From: a virus
IMG/VR virus record: IMGVR_UViG_3300045988_100479
Coordinates: 1 to 32,831 of that record
Length of the DNA stretch: 32,831 nt
Reading direction: 5' to 3' (one strand)
Part shown: one piece after another, positions 8,512-16,981 of the stretch
Layout of the letters: each line of letters opens with the position of its first letter
Position numbering within the stretch: position 1 is the stretch's first letter
Made by a program: the position numbers and the translations under genes
Notes under the pieces: model-generated
Database searches by the model: none
The model's input: only the letters and a program-made list of their open reading frames with translations
Told to the model about the DNA's origin: nothing

Positions 8512-11059
8512 AAATCGCATTCGTGACCGTGCGCTCGACGAACTTCCCAGCCACCTCGTCATCGAGCACGATGTGGACGCGCTCAAGGGCTTCGACAACC
8601 GCGCCGACGATTCCGTCATATCCGCCGAATCCGGCGCCAGCCGATTGGTAGGCGGCCGAGGTCATCGTGCCATCAATCGAGAAAGCCGAGGCGTCTGGCA
8701 TGGCGTCCTGCATCTGGCGCGTGACGTTGCCCATCTCGCTCTCGAAGCCCTCGCCGATTCCCTGGGCGATGTACTTGCCGACCTGGTCGCGGAAGAGACG
8801 CGAGGGCGAGTGGATGCCGAGGGCGTTCTTCATGCCGTCCAGGATGCCGCTCGCAAAGCCGCTGACCTTGTCGGCCAGCCAGCCAGCGGCGCCGCTGATG
8901 CCGTTCCAGATTCCGTGCACGATGTCGGAGCCGATGCTGAGAATGCGTCCTGGCAGCGATGCCAGCCCGTTGACCACCGCGTCGAACATGCGCCGTGCGC
9001 CCTCCGCGCCCCTGCTCGCCATCTGCCCAGCCCACGCGCCGAGCGACGAGATTATCTTGGTCAGGAAGGCCACGATGCGCCCTGGCAGTTGCGAGATGAA
9101 CTTGATGATGTTGGTCAGGAACTTCGAGCCAGCACTCACGGCGTTGGACGCCATGCTTGATGCCCAGCCAACGACGTTTGAGATTACGTTGCCAAGGAAG
9201 CTCGCGACGTTCGCAGGAAGGTTCTGGACGAAGTTCACGACGTTGCTTACGAACTGCGAGCCAGCGCTCGCGGCATTCGATGCCATGCTCGAAACCCACC
9301 CGGTGACCGTTGTGATGACGCTGCTGAGCCAGTCGGAGAACATCTGCGGGAGCTGGCTGATGGTGGTGCCGAGGTTCGTGAAGAAGCCCCCGATTGCCTG
9401 AATCGCGTTGCCTACGAACTCCTGGATGCCCTGCCACGCACTGGTGACCGCGTTTCGGAAGCCCTCGTTCGTGTTCCAGAGCACGACGATTGCGGCGACT
9501 AGACCAGCGACCAGTCCGATGACCAGCCCGATTGGGGACGCGAGCTGCGCGGCGTTGAGAAGCCGCTGCGCTATTGTCATCCCCTCGGTCGCGGTCTTCC
9601 AGCTCTTGAAGGCCGTGACCAGCGCCTCGACCTTCTGCGCGACCATGATGGTGCCCAGGGCGGCAGCGATTCCGGCCAGCATCGGGGCTATCGTCGGAAG
9701 ATTGTCCTTAAGCCACGAGATGCCGTCCTTGATGACCGGGACGATTGCGGAAACGCCGTCGCTGACCGTGCTGATGAAGTCCGTGACGTTCTCGCTCCCG
9801 ATGGAATCGTAAATCTGCATGAGGCCGTCCGTCACAGTCGCTTCGAGGTTGCCCATGGCGCCCTCGAAAGTCTCCGTGGAAGTGGCGGCCTGCTGGGCGG
9901 CGTCCGTGAAGCCCAAGTCCATGATTGCCTGGTTGAACTCGTCAGCCGTGATTTGGCCCTGGGCCATGGCGTCGCGGAAGTTGCCCGTGTAAGCGCCGTT
10001 CTTAAGTAGCGCTTCTTGCAGCTGACCAGACGCGCCGGGAATCGCATCGGCCATCTGGTTCCAGTTTTCCGTCGTTAGCTTTCCAGCGCCCGCCGTCTGC
10101 GTGAGAACCATGGCCACGGACTTGAAGGTGTCGGCGTTTCCGCCAGCGACGGCGTTCAGATTGCCTGCGGCCTGCGTCAGACCCGTGTAGTCCTGGATGC
10201 CGTTTGCCGCCAGCTGCGCGGTCGTGTTGGAAACCGTGTCGAGGTCGTAGACCGTCTGGTCTGCGTACGTCTTCATGTCGTCCTTGGCCTTGGCTATTGT
10301 CGAGTCGTCGTAGCCCGCAAAGCTCATGGTGGACTCGAACTTCTTGAGCGCGTCCGAGCTGCTGATTGCCTCGCCAGCAAGGCTCTGCACGCCGTTTATT
10401 GCGGATTGAATCACGCTGCCAGCGAGGTTTGCGATAGCGCCCTTCAGGACGGTGAACCCGCCCTCTGCGCTCCGCGCCTTCTCTCCTGCGTCCTCGACTG
10501 ACTCGCCGAGCTTGTCGCTTGAGTTGGCTGACTTGCCCATCTGGGATTCGAGGTCTTGGATTTCGCTCTTGGTCTTGTTGATGTCCGTCTGAGCGTTGTT
10601 CATCTGCGTGCGCAAGCGCGACATGGCGTTGGCGTTCGAGTCCTGCGCCGTGGTGCTCTTGTCCACGTCCTTGGCGAGCTGCGCGACCACTGCGGCCTGC
10701 GCCTTGTACTCGGCGGAGGACGTGCCCAGCTCCTGCCCGATGCGTTCGAGCTTGACCTGCTCCTCCTCGTATGACTTGACGAGCTTGTCGTGCTTCTGCG
10801 AGTTCGTCGCATACTCGGCGCCCATCTTTGCGTACTGGGCCTGGAGCACCGAGAGTTTCGACTTCTGCTCATCGAGCCGATGGGTCAACGCCGTCTGCTT
10901 GGCAGTCAGTGCCTCGATGCTCGTGTCGTTCTTGTCGTACTGCGAGGACACGAGCTTCAGCTCGGACGAGACCTCTTTCAGATTCTGCGTGATGTTGCGC
11001 AGAGCTGCTCGGTACTCGCTCTCGCCCGTCAGCTTGACCGCGCCACCAAAACTTGCCAT
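8504..11059 (-). CDS. Tail tape measure protein
   Basis: About 851 aa with coiled-coils, Ala/Gly-rich hydrophobic segments and internal roughly 40-aa tandem repeats. The listed start at 11074 is GTG. ATG at 11059 (MASFGG) with RBS GGGGGTGA is the more likely start. Confidence 0.85.
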   Translation of the reverse strand: MASFGGAVKLTGESEYRAALRNITQNLKEVSSELKLVSSQYDKNDTSIEALTAKQTALTHRLDEQKSKLSVLQAQYAKMGAEYATNSQKHDKLVKSYEEEQVKLERIGQELGTSSAEYKAQAAVVAQLAKDVDKSTTAQDSNANAMSRLRTQMNNAQTDINKTKSEIQDLESQMGKSANSSDKLGESVEDAGEKARSAEGGFTVLKGAIANLAGSVIQSAINGVQSLAGEAISSSDALKKFESTMSFAGYDDSTIAKAKDDMKTYADQTVYDLDTVSNTTAQLAANGIQDYTGLTQAAGNLNAVAGGNADTFKSVAMVLTQTAGAGKLTTENWNQMADAIPGASGQLQEALLKNGAYTGNFRDAMAQGQITADEFNQAIMDLGFTDAAQQAATSTETFEGAMGNLEATVTDGLMQIYDSIGSENVTDFISTVSDGVSAIVPVIKDGISWLKDNLPTIAPMLAGIAAALGTIMVAQKVEALVTAFKSWKTATEGMTIAQRLLNAAQLASPIGLVIGLVAGLVAAIVVLWNTNEGFRNAVTSAWQGIQEFVGNAIQAIGGFFTNLGTTISQLPQMFSDWLSSVITTVTGWVSSMASNAASAGSQFVSNVVNFVQNLPANVASFLGNVISNVVGWASSMASNAVSAGSKFLTNIIKFISQLPGRIVAFLTKIISSLGAWAGQMASRGAEGARRMFDAVVNGLASLPGRILSIGSDIVHGIWNGISGAAGWLADKVSGFASGILDGMKNALGIHSPSRLFRDQVGKYIAQGIGEGFESEMGNVTRQMQDAMPDASAFSIDGTMTSAAYQSAGAGFGGYDGIVGAVVEALERVHIVLDDEVAGKFVERTVTNAIYA

Positions 11060-11074
11060 TTTAATCACCCCCAC

Positions 11075-11088
11075 GTTTCACGTGAAAC
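11075..11088. promoter_or_regulatory. Perfect 14-bp palindrome GTTTCACGTGAAAC, copy 1 of 3, 16 bp upstream of the TMP ATG
   Basis: Exact palindrome. Identical copies are at 15173..15186 and 28201..28214. Confidence 0.6.
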
Positions 11089-11089
11089 A

Positions 11090-11682
11090 TCAAAACCATT
11101 CCTCGTCGCTCATGGACTGAGCTTCGAGCTTGGCGTAGGTCGTGCCGTTCGCCCTCAGCTGCGTCTCGGTATCGAAAGTGTCCTTGTACGCTTGGTAAAG
11201 CGCCCGAAACCGTCTGAGCGTGAGTCTCCCGACCTCCTTGTCGGACGAAAGCCCCAGCCGCGTCCGACCCATGAAGTAGTACCACGCGAAGTTGATGGTC
11301 GGGTCGTAATCAAAGATTACGTCTCCGTCGTGGACTATGCGTTTTTTGAATCATCCTCGGTTGAGTCGATGACGCTCTTCTGCACCTTGTCCGTCACGGA
11401 CTCAAGCCCGACCTCGGTGAGGATGCGCGCAACCTTGCGATGCGTGAGCGGCTTCTCGTCGGTGCCGTTCTCGTCGTTGTCGATGTCGATGCCCTCGTTT
11501 ATCATCTGCGTTGCTCCGAAAACCAGAGCCTTGATGTTAGGCTCGCCATCGTCAGGCTCAACCAGCTTGCCCCACGCCTCGATGCTGCCATACTCGTCCT
11601 GGATTGCCTCCATGACGTTGAGGTCGAAGGCGAGCTTGTACGTCTTGTCCCTGTATTCGATTTCCTGCAACTTGCTTTTCAT
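11090..11682 (-). CDS. Tail assembly chaperone: G-like product 11335..11682, and G-T-like fusion by -1 frameshift extending to 11090
   Basis: The 115-aa ORF lies between the major tail and TMP genes. The slippery heptamer A_AAA_AAC sits 2 codons before its stop. The -1 frame continues through listed ORF 11090..11272. Confidence 0.6.
11341..11347 (-). promoter_or_regulatory. Programmed -1 ribosomal frameshift slippery site AAAAAAC (read on minus strand)
   Basis: Plus-strand GTTTTTT is AAAAAAC on the mRNA. In the zero frame it reads tcA AAA AAC gca TAG. The -1 frame is open for about 85 codons to 11090. Confidence 0.55.
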
Positions 11683-11704
11683 GTAGTTTCTTCCCCCTTA
11701 AAAC

Positions 11705-11734
11705 AATGGGCCACGGCGATTGCCATGACCCATT
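11705..11734 (-). terminator. Imperfect hairpin/attenuator downstream of the major tail protein gene
   Basis: On the minus strand: AATGGGTCATGGC-AATC-GCCGTGGCCCATT followed by GTTTT. The stem has about 10 to 12 bp with 2 mismatches. Confidence 0.35.
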
Positions 11735-11759
11735 TTCGCACATCTTTTAGGCAACGCCG

Positions 11760-12332
11760 TTACTTGCCAGGCGTCTTGAGCTTGTCCTTCACCCAGGTGA
11801 CAGCCGCGTCCTTGGTGTCGAAGGTCTGAGCGGCAGACCAATTGCCATTCGCGAGCGAGGATGCGGTGCCCTCGATTTCTGGAGTCTTGAAGTCCACCTT
11901 CTCGCCCTTCGTCTCGTCCTCCTGGCTAGGCTCTGAGAACTTCACCTTGTAGAGGAACTCGCCCTTGTACTTCAGAGCGCCGTTGACCATCTTAGTGATG
12001 ACGCGGCCCAGGCCGACGTAGGGGGCGACGTCGTTGGCGTTGCGTACCATCTCGCCCTTGTTGTCCGGTCCTTCACTGACGGTGTGGCCGAGGATGGGCG
12101 CGAAGACCGTGTCATCATCATCCGCGATGCCGAGCGTCACGCTGGCGCTGTTGAAGCTCTTGTCGGACTCCGCAAGAGCGTCCTCGGCATAGAGCGTCGC
12201 GTCGTTGTTCGTGACGGAGACCTTGCAGGAGACCGCCTTGCCGAAGGTCTTGGCGCCATCATAGGCCGCTGCCCCGTCCTCGGACTCGGTGAGCTTTCCC
12301 CACCACAGGTTTGTAAGTCCAATCTTTGCCAT
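11760..12332 (-). CDS. Major tail protein
   Basis: 190 aa from ATG at 12332 (MAKIGLTNLWWGKL, resembling the N-terminus of phi13-family major tail proteins). RBS AAGAGGGG. The listed ORF is N-terminally over-extended. Confidence 0.75.
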   Translation of the reverse strand: MAKIGLTNLWWGKLTESEDGAAAYDGAKTFGKAVSCKVSVTNNDATLYAEDALAESDKSFNSASVTLGIADDDDTVFAPILGHTVSEGPDNKGEMVRNANDVAPYVGLGRVITKMVNGALKYKGEFLYKVKFSEPSQEDETKGEKVDFKTPEIEGTASSLANGNWSAAQTFDTKDAAVTWVKDKLKTPGK

Positions 12333-12334
12333 GG

Positions 12335-12682
12335 TTAAACCCCTCTTTCCTTTGCGAAACTGAGCGTCACGTGGAAATATCCTGTGTCGCTCTCGTACAT
12401 GTCCCCGGAAGAGCGGGACGGCTGCCACGTCCAGCCCGCATCTTCGAGAACCTTCTTGACTGCTTCGACGAGCGCCGCGTGGTTGCCCTTGCTGTAAACG
12501 TCGAAGTCGTAGTAGGTGACGTACCCAAGCAGAGAGTCGTCCCCTGCATACGAGCTGTCGTCATATTCGCGGCTGAAAATGACGTATGGCTCGCCGTGGC
12601 CATCGTAGGTCATGAAGCGGACTGGCACCTCTTTGCCGTTGACGGTGAAGCCGTCAAAAATCTGAACGATTTCAGCGTTCAT
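12335..12682 (-). CDS. Tail completion / tail terminator protein (putative)
   Basis: 115 aa, placed between the HK97 gp10-like gene and the major tail gene. Confidence 0.45.
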   Translation of the reverse strand: MNAEIVQIFDGFTVNGKEVPVRFMTYDGHGEPYVIFSREYDDSSYAGDDSLLGYVTYYDFDVYSKGNHAALVEAVKKVLEDAGWTWQPSRSSGDMYESDTGYFHVTLSFAKERGV

Positions 12683-12686
12683 CGGC

Positions 12687-13106
12687 TCACCCCTTCGGCA
12701 GGTATTTGTCCTGCACCTTCATCATCGCCGCTTCGATTTGGCCCTTCTTGAAGCTCCTGCGCATGAACGGGTGACGTGGGTACGGCGAATTGCTGCGCCC
12801 ATACTCGAAAAGGTTGCAGACCAGCGGCGCGGGCGTCCTCTTCCCTTCCTCGTTCTCGAAGTACCCATAGAAAGCGACCTTGGTGTTGCGCCCCCCGTCC
12901 GACGGCGTGTAGTAAGGTCGCGTAATCTTCAGGCAACGCATGATGCCAGAGCTATGGAAGCTCGCCGGGACGTTGGCTTTGACGTTGGCTAGAACCGTCT
13001 TCGCGCCCTCATGCGTCATTTCCTCAAGCATCTTCTGTGTGTTGACGTTCAGCTCTTCGAACGTCTTCATGAGTTCGGTCGGCAATTCGACATCCATCAT
13101 TGCCAT
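12687..13106 (-). CDS. HK97 gp10-like tail component / neck protein
   Basis: 139 aa at the conserved neck-gene position. Confidence 0.5.
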   Translation of the reverse strand: MAMMDVELPTELMKTFEELNVNTQKMLEEMTHEGAKTVLANVKANVPASFHSSGIMRCLKITRPYYTPSDGGRNTKVAFYGYFENEEGKRTPAPLVCNLFEYGRSNSPYPRHPFMRRSFKKGQIEAAMMKVQDKYLPKG

Positions 13107-13435
13107 CAGTGCGTCACCTCCTTCGCCTGAATCTCAAGCTCGACGTTGGCATAATCGACGTTGTTGAGATACTGAATCTCGTAGCGCCTTCCGTCGAAAA
13201 GAACCACCATGTCGCGGTCGATTTTGGTTGTAGGCGGGTAGCGAATCGTGAAGTTCGTCGTTGCCGCCTCGAAGCTCGTGCCGCTCTTGATGAGCGTGTA
13301 CCCGCGAGTCGTTCGCACGCTCGCGTAGGCTTCGAGTACCGGCTCGTCAACCGTGGTCGGGAACCCCTCCGCGTCGTGCCCAACCTTCGGCTTGACAATC
13401 TGGATGCGGTGGTCGTACTTGCCGGCGTTAAACAT
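13106..13435 (-). CDS. Head-tail joining (head closure) protein
   Basis: 109 aa at the conserved position between the connector and the tail-completion gene. Confidence 0.55.
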   Translation of the reverse strand: MFNAGKYDHRIQIVKPKVGHDAEGFPTTVDEPVLEAYASVRTTRGYTLIKSGTSFEAATTNFTIRYPPTTKIDRDMVVLFDGRRYEIQYLNNVDYANVELEIQAKEVTH

Positions 13436-13751
13436 CGTGCATCACCGACGGCAGAAGGTTCACGGAGTGCATGTCGAGGATGCTCTGCACCGTCTGATTG
13501 ACGTTCGCGGAGTCAACGTACAGCGCCCGATTGTCGTACATGTCTTGGCAAAGCACCAAGAGCACCGGGACGAGGTCCTGGGACCCGTCAAGCTGCGCGG
13601 TCGTGAGTCCCGTGTACTTGCACATGTAGGCCGTAGCCGCGCCGATAATCGTATTGAGGAACCCTTCCTCGGAAGGCGTCACCTCGCCGACCCGCAGGAA
13701 TTCCGCAAGGTCGGCAGAGGTGACCTTCGAGACTTTCTCAATCTGGTTCAT
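13428..13751 (-). CDS. Head-tail connector protein (gp6-like)
   Basis: 107 aa immediately downstream of the capsid gene. RBS GGGGGG. Sequence pattern is typical of gp6-like connector proteins. Confidence 0.6.
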   Translation of the reverse strand: MNQIEKVSKVTSADLAEFLRVGEVTPSEEGFLNTIIGAATAYMCKYTGLTTAQLDGSQDLVPVLLVLCQDMYDNRALYVDSANVNQTVQSILDMHSVNLLPSVMHDV

Positions 13752-13761
13752 CTAATCCCCC

Positions 13762-13899
13762 CTACTCTTGGGGATTCGCGTCCCCAGACTTCTTGGTGCT
13801 CCTGCCGCGCTTTGGCTTGACTTCCTCGATGTAGCCAGCCTTTGTGAGGTCGGCCACAAGTTCGGCGTCATCAATCTCTCGCGTCTCGCCCTCGTGCAT
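13762..13899 (-). CDS. Possible small ORF (45 aa) between capsid and connector genes
   Basis: ATG at 13899 to TAG at 13762 (MHEGETREIDDAELVADLTKAGYIEEVKPKRGRSTKKSGDANPQE). No clear RBS. Confidence 0.2.
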   Translation of the reverse strand: MHEGETREIDDAELVADLTKAGYIEEVKPKRGRSTKKSGDANPQE

Positions 13900-13930
13900 G
13901 GAGATTGCGCCGCTGAAGGACTTGAGCGCC

Positions 13931-15112
13931 TTATGCATTTGCCATCACAAGCTTGGAAAGCTTCTGGGCGTCCTGCACCTTGGCGTCGAACTCGAACCAA
14001 GAGATGACGCCGGTCGCATGCTCGTCAACGTACTTCTCACGAAGAACCTGCGTGGTGATGTTCTCCGAGAACTTCGTCGCGAGTCCGGTCATATCGCCGT
14101 AGTAGATGACAGTAGCGCCCTTCGCCATGTTAGGCATGTTGTCGGAAACATAGACCGGCTTGCCGAGAAGCACGGTACCGAAAGGCGAAGAGATGTCATC
14201 GTTGAGAAGGTAATGTCCGTCCGAACCCTTCAGGAGTCGGAGCGCCGTACGGGTAGCGGGGGACATAATCCAAATCGCGTTGTTCTGGTAAACATCCTTG
14301 ATGGAGTCCTTCAGCTTCACGACCTCATCGGACGTGATTGCGGTACCAGCGGCAGTGGTAACGGAGTTGGTGAGCTTGGAAAGGCCATCGACCTTGTTGC
14401 TCGTGCCGATGAGCAGTTCGTGCTCGATGAAGCGCGCGATGTCCTCGCCCATCTGATTGACAATGAAGGAGACGATGTCGAACTGGGAGTTGTTAATCAG
14501 GCTGTTGCTAATCTTGGAAAGCGCACCCGCGAGGAAGCCGTCAAGCTCGATGTTGGTGAACTCTCCGTTGGAAGAGGTCAGCGGCGTAAACTCGGTTGCA
14601 TACGCGACGTTGATGCCACCGCTGGTGGTGTCGTAGTACGGAATCTGAAGCTTTCCCTTTACGTTGTACTTCTGAGAGCGCTGAAGCACGGGGGAAACGT
14701 CGTAGACCTTCTTGATAATCTGCTGAGAGATTGTGGACGGGATGACAGCTCCGTTGTCGGTCTTGGTCAGCTCGCCCGCACGCTCGTGGACGATGCGGCC
14801 ACGGATGTAGTTCTCGAAGGCGCGGGTGTCCTGCTGCTCCTGAGTCGGCTTCTGCTCGCTACCAGCTGGCATAGGCTCCTGCTTCGGCTGCTTGTCCTTG
14901 GAGTCGTCAAGCTCGTCGCCAATCTTGAGCGCTTCCTTGATGCGCTTCACGTCGTCGCGAATCTCGGCCAGCTCTGCGGCCTCGTCCTCGGTAAGCTCGC
15001 GCTTGTTGACCTCGGCGTCGGCCAGAATCTTCTCGGCCTTCTCAATCTTGTCGTTCTTCAGCTCCATGAGGTTCTTGTAGCTCAGGGAGCGGGTGTGGAA
15101 AATCTTCTGCAT
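13931..15112 (-). CDS. Major capsid protein, HK97 family
   Basis: 393 aa with a delta-domain-like N-terminal coiled-coil followed by an HK97-fold capsid region. The ATG at 15112 follows the prohead protease gene. Confidence 0.9.
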   Translation of the reverse strand: MQKIFHTRSLSYKNLMELKNDKIEKAEKILADAEVNKRELTEDEAAELAEIRDDVKRIKEALKIGDELDDSKDKQPKQEPMPAGSEQKPTQEQQDTRAFENYIRGRIVHERAGELTKTDNGAVIPSTISQQIIKKVYDVSPVLQRSQKYNVKGKLQIPYYDTTSGGINVAYATEFTPLTSSNGEFTNIELDGFLAGALSKISNSLINNSQFDIVSFIVNQMGEDIARFIEHELLIGTSNKVDGLSKLTNSVTTAAGTAITSDEVVKLKDSIKDVYQNNAIWIMSPATRTALRLLKGSDGHYLLNDDISSPFGTVLLGKPVYVSDNMPNMAKGATVIYYGDMTGLATKFSENITTQVLREKYVDEHATGVISWFEFDAKVQDAQKLSKLVMANA

Positions 15113-15114
15113 TG

Positions 15115-15747
15115 TTAGCCCTCCTTCATCTCGGCGATAATCGCCTCGTACTTGCTGTAATCGATTTGCTTGGTTTCACGTGAAACATCGTCGGGCTTGT
15201 CCTCCCGCGTCTCGCGTGAAACGTCGTTTTCGTCATCGTCGGCGTCGAACACGTCGGAGACAAAAACCCTGTCCTCGGAATCCTCGCTGCGGGCCATGAT
15301 GAGCGTGCCGTCGTAGGCTGGCACCTTTGAGCGGTCGAGGATTGAGACCTCCTCGAGGTCGAGGTCGTTCACCTCGCGGGTGAGCATGCCGTTCTCGACG
15401 CCGTTCTTCACGTCGCGGTCATAGAAGCCGAAGGACCAGCCCACCAGGTCGCCGCGCTTCGCCATCTCCATGACGTCCTTGTCGGTGATGGTGCACTTCG
15501 CTCTGAGTCCGATGTTGTCCTCGGCAAGCTCGAGATTGCCCTGCTTTGTGCTGCCTAGGTCGCGCTGCCAGTCGTGGTTGAGCAGGACGTGGACGTCGTC
15601 GTTTCGCTTCAGGGCACGCGCGAACGCGCCCTTCTTGATTCGTTCGATGAACTTCCCCATGCGGGAGAGCATCGGCTTGCTGTTCCGCTCGACTGCGTTG
15701 ACGTAGCCCTCGATTTCGACCGAGTCTTCACGAATGTTAATCTGCAT
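15115..15747 (-). CDS. Prohead protease (HK97-type)
   Basis: Motifs GYVNAVERNS and LLNHD. ATG at 15747 has a strong RBS GGGGGGTGAAATCA. The listed 15771 start is TTG. The C-terminus carries a DVSRET repeat encoded by the palindrome at 15173..15186. Confidence 0.8.
   Translation of the reverse strand: MQINIREDSVEIEGYVNAVERNSKPMLSRMGKFIERIKKGAFARALKRNDDVHVLLNHDWQRDLGSTKQGNLELAEDNIGLRAKCTITDKDVMEMAKRGDLVGWSFGFYDRDVKNGVENGMLTREVNDLDLEEVSILDRSKVPAYDGTLIMARSEDSEDRVFVSDVFDADDDENDVSRETREDKPDDVSRETKQIDYSKYEAIIAEMKEG
15173..15186. promoter_or_regulatory. Perfect 14-bp palindrome GTTTCACGTGAAAC, copy 2 of 3, inside the prohead protease 3' end and 60 bp upstream of the capsid ATG; half-site GTGAAAC at 15216..15222
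   Basis: Exact sequence identity with copies 1 and 3. Confidence 0.6.
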
Positions 15748-16969
15748 TGATTTCACCCCCCTGCGCCTCAATTGCGCCGCCAGAATCCGAAATGCCAGCC
15801 ACCTTGGTCGAGCCCGTGTTAGGGGTGTACGTCTCGCCGGTGGCGGTGTCGAAGAGAACCGAGCCGAGTCCTAGGTCGATGAGGTCAAGCCCATGAATCT
15901 CGTTCATGTTCTCGTTGCGGCGCATTTCGTTAATCGTCATTATGCCACAGTCTTTGGCAAGCTTGTACGTCTCGTATCGCTCCTTCAGGCTCGCCTTGAT
16001 AATCTCGCGGCTGTCGAAGGCGAAGAAGTAATTTCGCTTCTCGCGCTCCAGAAGAAGGTCGCGGTTGAGCGCCGTCTCGAAGGCACGCACGATGGGGTAG
16101 ATTGCGAACTTCCACGTCTCCTCGAAGTTGTCCCTGATATGGAAGATGCCGTTGATTTCCTCGGCCATCGTACGCTTGTTCTCGTCCAGCTGCATTTCCG
16201 TCGATGTGCTGCTTGCTTCCTGAAATTCCAGGCCGTTGTTGAGCACCACGACGTTTTCCTCAGAATTGCCGTAGAGGTTAGACCAGGCGCTCTTCAGCGC
16301 GTCGATTTCCTCTTGGCCAAGCTTGCGTTGCGACTTCAGGAATCCCCGCTTGTTTCCGCCAGCCTTCACAAGCCCCAGCTGGTACATGAGCGTCTGGTAT
16401 CCAGTCTCCAGAGCCTTCGCGACCTCGACGGTAAGGCCGACGCCAGAAGCGCCGTCCTTGGTGTTGCGAAGAATCTTGATGAACTCGAAGGGCTTGAAGG
16501 TGTTAGCGCCCACGATGATGTCGTATGACTTGTGAATCGGGTCGGAGTTGATGTTGATGCTCACGGCGTCGCACGCCACGTAAAACAAGCCAGTCACGTC
16601 GTTCCTGCTGCGTTCGATGTAGCAATAGCCGCCCTTGCCCATCAGGTAGTCCTCGACCATTGCCTTCTTGAGCTGGAAGCCGTCCAGCGTGTCGCCCGTG
16701 TCACCGTTGAGCAGCTTCGTTCGCTGGTCGTTTTCCACCTCTTCGACAACGCCCTTCTTGGTGCGGTACAAGCGAACGGGCATGCAAGCCACTGCGCTCG
16801 TTATGAAGTCAACCGCGCCAGATACTGCGGGGAGCATCATCGCCTTGTCTCTGTCGATAGGCTCGTTGCTGAGCAACGCCCGCAGGAGCACGTCGTTCAC
16901 CGTGCCATCGTTGCCGATGACGTTCTCGGCGGAGCGGTTGCGCTCCCGCCAATCGCTGAGCCATCCCAT
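15737..16969 (-). CDS. Portal protein (HK97 family)
   Basis: 410 aa immediately downstream of the large terminase; ATG at 16969. Confidence 0.9.
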   Translation of the reverse strand: MGWLSDWRERNRSAENVIGNDGTVNDVLLRALLSNEPIDRDKAMMLPAVSGAVDFITSAVACMPVRLYRTKKGVVEEVENDQRTKLLNGDTGDTLDGFQLKKAMVEDYLMGKGGYCYIERSRNDVTGLFYVACDAVSININSDPIHKSYDIIVGANTFKPFEFIKILRNTKDGASGVGLTVEVAKALETGYQTLMYQLGLVKAGGNKRGFLKSQRKLGQEEIDALKSAWSNLYGNSEENVVVLNNGLEFQEASSTSTEMQLDENKRTMAEEINGIFHIRDNFEETWKFAIYPIVRAFETALNRDLLLEREKRNYFFAFDSREIIKASLKERYETYKLAKDCGIMTINEMRRNENMNEIHGLDLIDLGLGSVLFDTATGETYTPNTGSTKVAGISDSGGAIEAQGGEINAD

Positions 16970-16981
16970 GTAATCACCCCT

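Noticed and set aside
13752-14000. Listed 82-aa ORF 13752..14000 overlapping the capsid 3' end
   Set aside because: It has an Arg-rich artefactual translation, overlaps the capsid gene by 70 nt and lacks an RBS. A shorter 45-aa ORF in another frame (13762..13899) is only weakly supported.
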